From: an uncultured Anaerolinea sp. | GTDB taxonomy: Bacteria; Chloroflexota; Anaerolineae; Anaerolineales; Villigracilaceae | Length of the DNA: 40,966 bases | Reading direction: 5' to 3' | Assembly (NCBI GenBank): GCA_964559195.1 | Contig: CAZLJB010000001.1 | Span: 1-40,966, forward strand | Shown here: piece after piece, positions 27,988-36,230 of the stretch | Numbering within the stretch: the stretch's first letter is position 1 | How the letters are laid out: each line of letters starts with the position of its first letter | The notes under the pieces: generated by a model | What the model was told of the DNA's origin: nothing | The model's database searches: none | Seen by the model: the letters and a program-made list of their open reading frames with translations, nothing else | Translations under genes and position numbers: made by a program

Positions 27988-28048
27988 AATAACTCCTTAT
28001 GCCATAGGTGCCAATTATTAAATAATCTTCGTTGAATTTTTCAGGACG

Positions 28049-28456
28049 CTATGATAGTTTCTTCATCAGTGTCCATTTATTTTGGTCGCCAGTTCTCTGA
28101 TAATCCATTTTATCAACCAGTAATTGTATTATTGCCATACCATACCCGCCCACGGCCAGACCGGTGGGATCTGGCATTGTAATTGCATCAAAATCAAGAA
28201 TCGCAGGTACCCCGCTGTCAAATGTTTGAATATTCAACACATCCTCGTTGATACTCAAATCAATTATGATGGAACCGTTTGGGTCGCCACGATAAGCATG
28301 ATCCACCAAATTAATAAGAAGTTCATGCAATGCCAATTCGCATCCACTGACAAGTTCATCCGAAATTTTTGTTTCGAGTAGGATGGAACGCAGGTTTTCA
28401 TCAGCGACGCGGATTTCTGGATAGGTAGATTTTATAACTATTTGTCTATTGTTCAT
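28049..28456 (-). CDS. RsbW/SpoIIAB-type serine protein kinase (anti-sigma-like, HATPase_c_2)
   Basis: N-box ELALHELLINLVDHAY, G-box FDSG and GGYGMAIIQLLVDKMDY. 135 aa. Start is 2 nt after the phosphatase stop. Confidence 0.85.
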   Translation of the reverse strand: MNNRQIVIKSTYPEIRVADENLRSILLETKISDELVSGCELALHELLINLVDHAYRGDPNGSIIIDLSINEDVLNIQTFDSGVPAILDFDAITMPDPTGLAVGGYGMAIIQLLVDKMDYQRTGDQNKWTLMKKLS

Positions 28457-28458
28457 GA

Positions 28459-29979
28459 TTAAATTATCTTGATAACAATGATAGTACGATCATCATCTTG
28501 AGAAAGGCCGCTAGAGAAATCACTCGTAGCCTCAAAGATTAGGGCGCCAATTTCTACGGAAGATCGCTGCCGGGATGAATCCAATAATTTCAATAATCTA
28601 TCATATCCAAACATTTCTCCTTCAGAATTATGCGATTCCGGGAATCCATCAGAGGCCGCAATAAAAATATCGCCGGGCGATAACGCCAGTGTGTAGGATG
28701 AATAATCGTAAGCCCCGAATATTCCTACCGGTATATCCTGCGCTTCAAGCAAAACAGGAACATTATTTACTGGCACGTACAATATGGGACTTTGTCCTGC
28801 ATTACAGTAAGACAGACTTAACGAAGATCGATCCAGAATACCAATAAATGCCGTTGTGAACATTCCCACAGTAGAGAAATCGTCCAGAAGATCAGCATTC
28901 AATCTTTTCATCAACTGATGGGGTTCAGTGAAAGGCATATTTCGCGCCGCAGACCGGGCAACCGTCCGAGTCATACTCATTAATAAAGCTGCCGGCATGC
29001 CTTTTCCAGTCACATCTCCCAATAGAAAAATTAGGGGCTGGTTTGGCAGTAAAACAATATCAAAAAAATCACCCCCCACTTCTAGGGCAGGGTTTGATGT
29101 AGCATAAAAATCAACACCTGGCACCAGAGGTAGCTTTTGGGGAAGTAAGGCAGTTTGAACCTGGTGAGCCAGACTCAATTCAGTTTCAAGGCGGGTTCGA
29201 GCCAAGGCCTCCTGAACGAGAAGGAAATTTTCTATCTGGGCACCGGCCTGTCCAGCCAGCGCTTTTGCAAGTTTGATATCGGGTGTAGTGAATTCAATAT
29301 TTTTATTAAAAACACCCAGAGCTGCAAAGATGTCTTCCTTGATAGGAATAGATACCATCATGAGGTTTCTCAAACCTGCAGGCAGATTTGCCAGATCCTT
29401 AAAATTGTGCTGTTCTGGGTTGTTCCGGTAATAAGTAGAAATAACCACAATCTCATCATTCGTCAATGGATTAATCCCAAACTGACAAACAATTGCTGCC
29501 TGACCAGGCTGTAGCATAATCGCAAATGCACCATTGACATCCAGAAGTCTGCAAGCTTCACTGACAAGTAATTCAAATAGTGCTGAACTTTCCAGACTAT
29601 TTTGGGGCGATTTGCTCAGGTCATAAAGCGCCACAAGTCGGTCCTGGGTTTCAACCAGGGCAGCCGTCAGACTTTCAAGCTCTGCTTCATTATTTAGAAG
29701 GCTCGAAAATAATTCAGCCATTGTGTCAGCGAAGGATTGCCAAAATTCACCAGTAAGACCATATATCTGAATTGCAAGTCCATATTCAGAACCAGACATT
29801 AATGGAAACCCGGTCGGATTTACGTCCATTGGATAGGAACCAATAATTCGATCCTTATCAACCAGGCGAACACAAATAGCGCCAGCGCGAATGCAAATTG
29901 CTGCGATGGCATGAAATCGGCTTTGATGATTGACAAATGAATCAAAAAGCATAGGGACTGAAAACCTATCCGAGATCAA
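28459..29979 (-). CDS. GAF-domain-containing PP2C (SpoIIE/RsbU-type) serine phosphatase
   Basis: SpoIIE-domain motifs GGDFFDIV, GDVTGKGMPAALLMS, YCNAGQSP, SDGFPES, DDRTIIVIKI. An N-terminal region of about 270 aa is GAF-like. TTG 29979 overlaps the upstream stop (TTGA); ATG 29952 is an alternative start. Confidence 0.9.
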   Translation of the reverse strand: MISDRFSVPMLFDSFVNHQSRFHAIAAICIRAGAICVRLVDKDRIIGSYPMDVNPTGFPLMSGSEYGLAIQIYGLTGEFWQSFADTMAELFSSLLNNEAELESLTAALVETQDRLVALYDLSKSPQNSLESSALFELLVSEACRLLDVNGAFAIMLQPGQAAIVCQFGINPLTNDEIVVISTYYRNNPEQHNFKDLANLPAGLRNLMMVSIPIKEDIFAALGVFNKNIEFTTPDIKLAKALAGQAGAQIENFLLVQEALARTRLETELSLAHQVQTALLPQKLPLVPGVDFYATSNPALEVGGDFFDIVLLPNQPLIFLLGDVTGKGMPAALLMSMTRTVARSAARNMPFTEPHQLMKRLNADLLDDFSTVGMFTTAFIGILDRSSLSLSYCNAGQSPILYVPVNNVPVLLEAQDIPVGIFGAYDYSSYTLALSPGDIFIAASDGFPESHNSEGEMFGYDRLLKLLDSSRQRSSVEIGALIFEATSDFSSGLSQDDDRTIIVIKII

Positions 29980-30305
29980 CTTTGGAGCGCAGACTTTTCA
30001 TCAGGGTAAATCGTAAACGCTTTATCCAACCTTGTAAGTTCGAATATTACTCTGACGGGTTGCTGAAGTGCACACAAAGAAAGTTCACCACCCTTTTCGC
30101 GACAATGTTTCAGGCCCTGTACCAGAGTTGAAAGTGCGGAAGAATCAACAAAATTTACATCCGCCAAATTAACCACCAGATGAGTCTGGCCCAAATCGAA
30201 CTGCTCCTTTAACCAGTCACGCACTGGCCCAACTTCATGAGCATCAAAACGACCTTTCAGATATAAAATGGGAATATTTCCCTGAGACGATTTTTTTATT
30301 TCCAT
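29976..30305 (-). CDS. STAS-domain anti-sigma-factor-antagonist-like protein (copy 1)
   Basis: LYLKGRFDA, VNFVDSSALSTLVQGLK with Ser55 in DSS, IFELTRLDKAF. 109 aa. Confidence 0.88.
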   Translation of the reverse strand: MEIKKSSQGNIPILYLKGRFDAHEVGPVRDWLKEQFDLGQTHLVVNLADVNFVDSSALSTLVQGLKHCREKGGELSLCALQQPVRVIFELTRLDKAFTIYPDEKSALQS

Positions 30306-30352
30306 GAACCTATCCTTTTAATGAGCTCATCGAATAAACAGTTCGAACTATT

Positions 30353-31540
30353 TTACTTCCGTTTTAACAATTCTTGAAAGTGAATCAAATACCAATCCAC
30401 CACATCATTAATCGGCAAACCATTTGCCGCCAGAAAATTACGAGTTCCAATTTCCAATTGCCGATCCGGGTAGTCAATCACACGAGAAATTGCATCTGCC
30501 AGGCTTTTTGAACTTGTTGCTTCAAAGAATTCGCCATCATAACCTTCCTCCAACACCAGCTCGGCTAAATCTCCCAGGTTTGGTAGCACTACCGCCTTTC
30601 CATAACCACCAGCCTGGTGTAAGACACCAGAACTACCCGTAGTACTTGTATATGGAAAAACAACCACCCAGGCGTCTCCGAAAATTCTCGGCACATCTTC
30701 TTCCGAAACGTATCCGGTAAAATGTAGGTTTGACAAATGAGAAAATTGAGCCTTAACTCCATCCAGGTAGCCTTTCATATTCGGGCTATCGGTCCCAGCG
30801 ATCACAAGTCTTGCGTCCGGGTGAGTAGGAAGTAGCATCTCAAATGCCTCGGCTAAAATCTCCACTTTTTTATAGGTGCCAAATTTCCCAAAGGTCATGA
30901 TATTTGGTACACCGCCTGGCATGCTATTCGGTTGAATGTCAGTGGATTCCTCAAATGAGCCGTGTGGTGCAAGGATTACATTTCTTGCACCATATTTTTT
31001 CTCCAGGATTTCGACATATTTCGGGATTGTTACTGCAACCAAATCTACGGATAATAGAAACCGCGTTACGATATTGCCAAACATCCGTATAAGATTTTCT
31101 ATGATGATATTTCCACCAAAGCCAGCGGATTTCAGATTAACTGTCTCCACAATGTTATGAAGCAGCACCACCGTACTGTAACCAGCATTTTTTACCAACC
31201 AGGGGGTTAATAAGCCCAGGGTAGCAGGAATTTTTTTATCAGCAAAAGATGCAAACTGAATATTGAACAACACGATGTCTGGATTTACCTGGCGCACGAC
31301 CTCTCGAATTCGAAACGCATTATTCAAAGCGCCAAACTTCCAGCATGGAATAAAACGTACAGGTATGGAATTTGCATCATCTATTTGTGGATAAGCCTGC
31401 CCTTCTGGGAGCTCATCAACCAACAAAACTAATTCGGTGACACTCTCAACTTTCAAACGTAGAAAGCGCACAAAATGATAAGCATATTCATTTAATGATC
31501 CCTTGGATGGTGGGTGAGCAGTTACCATGGCTATGCGCAT
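30353..31540 (-). CDS. Glycosyltransferase family 4 (GT-B, group 1)
   Basis: MRIAMVT start. The C-terminal half has the GT1/GT4 nucleotide-sugar-binding region (FPYTSTTGSSGVLHQAGGYGKAVVLPNLGDLAELVLEEG). 395 aa. Confidence 0.86.
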   Translation of the reverse strand: MRIAMVTAHPPSKGSLNEYAYHFVRFLRLKVESVTELVLLVDELPEGQAYPQIDDANSIPVRFIPCWKFGALNNAFRIREVVRQVNPDIVLFNIQFASFADKKIPATLGLLTPWLVKNAGYSTVVLLHNIVETVNLKSAGFGGNIIIENLIRMFGNIVTRFLLSVDLVAVTIPKYVEILEKKYGARNVILAPHGSFEESTDIQPNSMPGGVPNIMTFGKFGTYKKVEILAEAFEMLLPTHPDARLVIAGTDSPNMKGYLDGVKAQFSHLSNLHFTGYVSEEDVPRIFGDAWVVVFPYTSTTGSSGVLHQAGGYGKAVVLPNLGDLAELVLEEGYDGEFFEATSSKSLADAISRVIDYPDRQLEIGTRNFLAANGLPINDVVDWYLIHFQELLKRK

Positions 31541-31551
31541 ATTTTTACTCC

Positions 31552-32316
31552 TTAACGATAGACGCCCTTAAAATCGTTCGCCCAGATCACTGAAATGTCA
31601 CGCAAAAAACGCTGGACTTCTTTTTTTGTATTGACCTTTGAGCCTGGAGCATCGATCCATGAGACTGGCACTTCGGCGATTTTATAACCAAATTTATAAG
31701 CAAGATACAGGATTTCCAGGTCGAACGAAAAGCCCATAATGGTTTGTTTACCGTGCAGCTTTTTAGCGACTTCAGATGTATACATTTTAAAACCACATTG
31801 CGTATCCTTGACCCCAATATGCATCAAATACTTTACTATCAGGCGCAAACCTCCGCTCAAAATCCTGCGCAGCAGGGATTTCTTACCTTCGTCTGCACCT
31901 TCTGCAGCACGCGACCCGACTGCCAGATCATAACCATCCTGATCAAGTTTCGCCAACAATTTCGAGACTTCTTCAATGGGAGTCGAATTATCAGCATCAG
32001 CAAATAAAATATATTTCCCACGCGCTGCCAGCATTCCCCTTCTGACAGCACTGCCTTTTCCTCCATTCCTAGGAGTTCTTAAAACCGTCAAATTGACCAG
32101 TCCCAAATCCTCGCACAGTTTTGCGGTCTGATCTTTCGATCCATCGTCCGCAATCAACAATTCCCATGCAAAACCCAAATCTGAGACGTGTGATGCGATT
32201 GCTCCGATTGATGTAATAATCCGGTCTTGTTCATTATAGGCCGGAATTACAATCGACAGATACGGAGATTCGACAAGCGGTGTTGTTTTCCATTTAACAT
32301 AATTTTCGTATGGCAT
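31552..32316 (-). CDS. Glycosyltransferase family 2, polyprenyl/dolichyl-phosphate hexose synthase-like
   Basis: LSIVIPAYNEQDRI, ADDGSKDQT, FADADNS (DxD), QCGFK. Short (254 aa) soluble GT-A enzyme, as in Ppm1/DPM1/ALG5-type enzymes. Confidence 0.85.
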   Translation of the reverse strand: MPYENYVKWKTTPLVESPYLSIVIPAYNEQDRIITSIGAIASHVSDLGFAWELLIADDGSKDQTAKLCEDLGLVNLTVLRTPRNGGKGSAVRRGMLAARGKYILFADADNSTPIEEVSKLLAKLDQDGYDLAVGSRAAEGADEGKKSLLRRILSGGLRLIVKYLMHIGVKDTQCGFKMYTSEVAKKLHGKQTIMGFSFDLEILYLAYKFGYKIAEVPVSWIDAPGSKVNTKKEVQRFLRDISVIWANDFKGVYR

Positions 32317-32357
32317 GCGGGTGGCCTTTCTTCAAATAAATGGTTAATATTATATAC

Positions 32358-33521
32358 TCATGCAACAAAAATCCAATTCACAAAAATTGTCACAAACATA
32401 CCGAGCAAGACAGCAAAACAAATCAGCATTGTCCGATCGACACTCTCCCGGCGACCCCACCAACCCAATAGCATAAATGCGGGAAATGACGTCAAAACAT
32501 ATCGGATAATGCTGCTTGTTGCACTTGCTGAAGGTATTAACAGTATCAATAAAACAAAGATTGCATAACCTTCTCCCAGTCGAATCCAGATAAACGGAAC
32601 CATCACTAGGAAAGCCAGAAGGGTGGTTGTATTCCAAAAGTTAGTCATCCAGCTTTTATTGACCGTTGTACTCAATAATAACTTAATGTTTTGAACAATT
32701 ACAGACACAGGGCCAACGTTTTGCCGGCCCCAGGCCGCCTGGGTCTCAATAAAAGCCAGTGGGCGCTCGAAGTTTCTCTGCAAAAAATAGATATATGCAA
32801 TCAAGCCAAGTGGAATAATTGCAATAATTAATAAATCGAACCAATGCTCCCGAAAACCATGCAGCAGATTGGTCCAACTTTCCTTCTTATGCAATGTTTT
32901 CAAAGACCAACCCTGAACACGCAGCCACTCCCATATCACCAACGGCCACAAAAGAACACCCAGGTTTCGAGTGGCAGCCGCCAACATGCCAATTAAGGCC
33001 GCCGCAATCCACATTTGCCGGCGAGCATAATACATGGTTGCCAGGGCAAAAAGCAAAAACAGACTCTCGGTATAAACACTGCTGAAATAAAAGGAAGTTG
33101 GAAATAATGCCAGGTAAAAAACCGTTCTTTTGGCCGAGTCGCTGTCAAGTTCAAGTTCTGTTAATTTATATAAAAAAAACAATGCCCCTAAAAAGGCAAC
33201 ATTACTGAGCAAGAATCCAGCCAGAATTACATCATCCCCAACCAGAGGTGCCGTAAGCCGCATAAGAAGCGGGTATACTGGAAAAAATGCAACATTACTT
33301 TGTTGCTCAGGGCGGTACCAATAACCGTTCTCGGCAATATCAACATAGTATTGGCTGTCCCACTTGGCCCACATCGATAAAAAAGGTGAGTTCAGATTTG
33401 CTATCCAATGACCCGCGTCTGTGGGAAGCATTAAATCTCCCGCCATACCCACGCTAAATATTAATAGGCGCGATACCAGGAAAGCCAAAAGGGGGAGTAC
33501 CATCCATTTATAGGATTTCAT
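32358..33521 (-). CDS. PIG-V-like GT-C membrane glycosyl(mannosyl)transferase
   Basis: About 10 TM helices. The first extracytoplasmic loop has WDSQYYVDIAENGY...VAFFPVYPLLMR, the motif I associate with the PIG-V (GT76-like) family. ATG 33521 overlaps the upstream stop (ATGA); the track ORF extension to 33587 lies inside the upstream gene. Confidence 0.68.
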   Translation of the reverse strand: MKSYKWMVLPLLAFLVSRLLIFSVGMAGDLMLPTDAGHWIANLNSPFLSMWAKWDSQYYVDIAENGYWYRPEQQSNVAFFPVYPLLMRLTAPLVGDDVILAGFLLSNVAFLGALFFLYKLTELELDSDSAKRTVFYLALFPTSFYFSSVYTESLFLLFALATMYYARRQMWIAAALIGMLAAATRNLGVLLWPLVIWEWLRVQGWSLKTLHKKESWTNLLHGFREHWFDLLIIAIIPLGLIAYIYFLQRNFERPLAFIETQAAWGRQNVGPVSVIVQNIKLLLSTTVNKSWMTNFWNTTTLLAFLVMVPFIWIRLGEGYAIFVLLILLIPSASATSSIIRYVLTSFPAFMLLGWWGRRESVDRTMLICFAVLLGMFVTIFVNWIFVA

Positions 33522-36163
33522 TGGGTCACATCCAGCTTCAGGTCCTGAAATATCACAGGTCCTCCAAATGCGTCCATTCCGATCCAACCATCTACACCTG
33601 TGATGAGAATATTAGCGGCTATTTCCTTATCATCCACAGATATTGTTATTTTCCCGGCATCAACCGCTACTTTTAACACCATAGATTGAGTATTGGAGTT
33701 TAATTTAGCCGTTCCCTGCCCTTTAAATTTACCATTGGCATCATTTGAACCCCACAAAATACCTTTTCCGCCATTGATAAATCGCACAACGTAGGAATTA
33801 TTCTTAGTGCCGCGCTCTGACATATTCAGAATAAATCCGCCACCCACAGTGGATGATCCGCTGGGCAGCGTTATTTTCGAGCTAATCGTATAAACTGAGG
33901 CCTGCACGCCGGAATTCCACAGGTAATCTGCAACATTGGACACAGTCTGAGTAATTGTGTTGTTTCCAATCGTCCACTTACCACTAACCACACGCTGGTC
34001 AGTAAATCCATCCAATGCAGAATAATTCCCCTTAAAAGCTGCCCCGACCCCATCCACTGTGACTTCATCATAAGCTACGCTTGCCACCGATGTCAGTAAT
34101 CCGATATAACCATTATTTTGATTTGACCCAAAGGGTACACTCTGGATCACCATCCGATCATCCAGATATATGGAATAGGACGATTCCCCGCTGGTCACTC
34201 TCAAAGTGTGATGATCTGTGCCAGCATGGTTAACTTCTGCATAGCCCTGATTTTTATAAACGCCATTGGCATCAAAATAGCCCCAAATTAGGGCGTTATC
34301 ACGTTTGTCAGAATAACGTACCATCGACGAGCCGGTTAATCTGTCACTATTCGGCATATTGAATACCAGGCCGGCCCCGCTGCCCTGCTGATGCGTCAGG
34401 CCAATCTGATAACTGAAGTTCTTGTAGGTAGTTTTGGTATAGATGGCAGTCAGATCGAAGCCATCAGTGCGTGTTTGGACAAAATTCCCATTCTGAAAAC
34501 TCCAAGCTCCATTGATTGCCACCCAGTTCTGATCAGAAAGCTTACCAGTAAATACGCCGTGATACGGAGATTGTCCTCCGATAACGGCACCCGAAGAATC
34601 AACAGGGCCGGTCGTGCTTCCGGTGGAACCTGGTGTAGCCGGAACAGGAGTAGTTTTTGCGTTTCCAGAAACCGTCGAAGTGGATCTTACATGAACGCTA
34701 CCAGTATTGGTTAAAATTCCCGGAGTTGGGCCGCCATTTACTGGCTTTGGTTTTGTCGGGCTGGTTATTGTGGAATTAACTTTTGTGACAATTGGTCCGG
34801 GAGTCTTGGGAACGGGAGTAGACTGGCCGGGAGTCTTTGAAATGTGAGCTGGTGAACCTGTTATCGAAACAGGCGCAAGCGGGCCAGTCGGTGCGCCGGT
34901 CACACCGAACAATGGGTAAACCTCCACCAGCGAGAAGGCTACCGACGAAGCGGACGTGATCAGGCCGATGCTGCCTTGCTTGCTTTGTAAGGGCACATCT
35001 CTAACCAGAAGCTGATCGTCAAGAAATACATCAAAAGAACTATCCCCGGAAAATATTTGGAAATTATGCAACCCAGTTCCCGCTGGAGGAATACTGGTAA
35101 ATCCCTGACGGGTAAAGGCACCATTCGGATCAAAGTAACCCCAAATGACAGCGTCGGTTTGATCAGAAAAACGCACCACCTGTGCACCATTGACCTGGTA
35201 CGGAGATGGCATATTAAACAGTACACCCGCACCCTGACCGGAGTTATGGTTAAAAGTTGCGCGTAAGGTAAAATTCTGAAAAGTGCTTGTTTCATATCCC
35301 ATACCCGCGTTTAGAACAACCGGATCGGATTGCACCATTTTTTTATCTGCAATTTTCCAAGTTCCGGCAAACGGCACCCAGCCTGCACCTCCGGGATTCT
35401 GATCAAAATCGCTGGTATAAACCAGATTACCTGGATTGGGGTTATCAGCAGAGGTTAATTTAAAGGTATCGAAAATAGCCGGACCCAAAGTATAAAAACC
35501 GATCAGCCCATTTTTATAAAAAAGCGGGCGGTCTTCAATCAACTTTTGACCATTCAATTGGACAATATACGTGTTCTGGTAGACATACAGGTCCAGGCGA
35601 AATTCGGTGGTGTTGATGGAAAGCGGAACTTGAATCTGAGTGATAAAACTTCCAGAAGTATCCATATAACCGGCCACCAGGAAAAGAGTATTTGGATCTG
35701 GACGGGACAGGTAAATACGCTGCTGCTTGGCTGTCATATTTGGATATTGAGCGTTAAAGGATATGCCAGCCTCGCGTGTATCCTTTTTCAAGGTTATATA
35801 AACACTCGCATGGTATGGGGTATCCTCAATTAGTTTTGAAGGAATAAAAACCTGGGCAGAAGTATCACCCCCAACCGTCTGCGCCAAGGCTGAATCCCGA
35901 ATTGTCCAAACCCCATCCCCAAGAAACCACCTGCGCAGGTTAACATCATCAAAATTTTGTTCATAGGGTAGCGTAAAAGTGGTAAATTTATCTTTTGGGG
36001 CTAATAGGAACTGAATGGTACCGAGCAAAATCGCCACGGCAATAACCAACCCAACCGCAGAGAATACGGAGCGATTACTCGGCAAGCCTGGTATGCGAGT
36101 CCGTATACGGTTGAGCAAATTTTCAAGTTGAGTGACGATTTTTTTTAAAAAAGATAATTTCAT
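33518..36163 (-). CDS. Membrane-anchored extracytoplasmic protein with four ConA/LamG-like beta-sandwich repeats and a Pro/Thr/Ser-rich linker
   Basis: N-terminal single TM (VFSAVGLVIAVAILLGTIQFLL). Four repeats of about 170 aa share the pattern G.W.i....Q...y.NF......G.GAG..FNM......vVRfSd....iWGYfD.NG.f..QG......H...v......v.LDD. The linker lies between repeats 2 and 3. Confidence 0.8.
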   Translation of the reverse strand: MKLSFLKKIVTQLENLLNRIRTRIPGLPSNRSVFSAVGLVIAVAILLGTIQFLLAPKDKFTTFTLPYEQNFDDVNLRRWFLGDGVWTIRDSALAQTVGGDTSAQVFIPSKLIEDTPYHASVYITLKKDTREAGISFNAQYPNMTAKQQRIYLSRPDPNTLFLVAGYMDTSGSFITQIQVPLSINTTEFRLDLYVYQNTYIVQLNGQKLIEDRPLFYKNGLIGFYTLGPAIFDTFKLTSADNPNPGNLVYTSDFDQNPGGAGWVPFAGTWKIADKKMVQSDPVVLNAGMGYETSTFQNFTLRATFNHNSGQGAGVLFNMPSPYQVNGAQVVRFSDQTDAVIWGYFDPNGAFTRQGFTSIPPAGTGLHNFQIFSGDSSFDVFLDDQLLVRDVPLQSKQGSIGLITSASSVAFSLVEVYPLFGVTGAPTGPLAPVSITGSPAHISKTPGQSTPVPKTPGPIVTKVNSTITSPTKPKPVNGGPTPGILTNTGSVHVRSTSTVSGNAKTTPVPATPGSTGSTTGPVDSSGAVIGGQSPYHGVFTGKLSDQNWVAINGAWSFQNGNFVQTRTDGFDLTAIYTKTTYKNFSYQIGLTHQQGSGAGLVFNMPNSDRLTGSSMVRYSDKRDNALIWGYFDANGVYKNQGYAEVNHAGTDHHTLRVTSGESSYSIYLDDRMVIQSVPFGSNQNNGYIGLLTSVASVAYDEVTVDGVGAAFKGNYSALDGFTDQRVVSGKWTIGNNTITQTVSNVADYLWNSGVQASVYTISSKITLPSGSSTVGGGFILNMSERGTKNNSYVVRFINGGKGILWGSNDANGKFKGQGTAKLNSNTQSMVLKVAVDAGKITISVDDKEIAANILITGVDGWIGMDAFGGPVIFQDLKLDVTQ
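34560..34905 (-). other. Low-complexity Pro/Thr/Ser/Gly-rich linker-coding segment within the 881-aa protein (approximate bounds)
   Basis: Translates to GAPTGPLAPVSITGSPAHISKTPGQSTPVPKTPGPIVTKVNSTITSPTKPKPVNGGPTPG...TTPVPATPGSTGSTTGPVDSSG. Confidence 0.7.
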
Positions 36164-36230
36164 ATGACTATTCTAGTACTAGATTTACCTGAAAAACTAG
36201 TTGAATTACACGGTTGCTCCAACAAAAATA

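Noticed and set aside
33522-33587. N-terminal 22-codon extension of the PIG-V-like ORF in the track
   Set aside because: The extension lies inside the upstream gene's coding region. The internal ATG at 33521 gives an ATGA overlap and a sensible start directly before the first TM helix.
36172-36183. 12-bp perfect palindrome TCTAGTACTAGA just upstream of the 881-aa gene start
   Set aside because: Too short to distinguish from chance in AT-rich intergenic DNA, and no second copy noticed.
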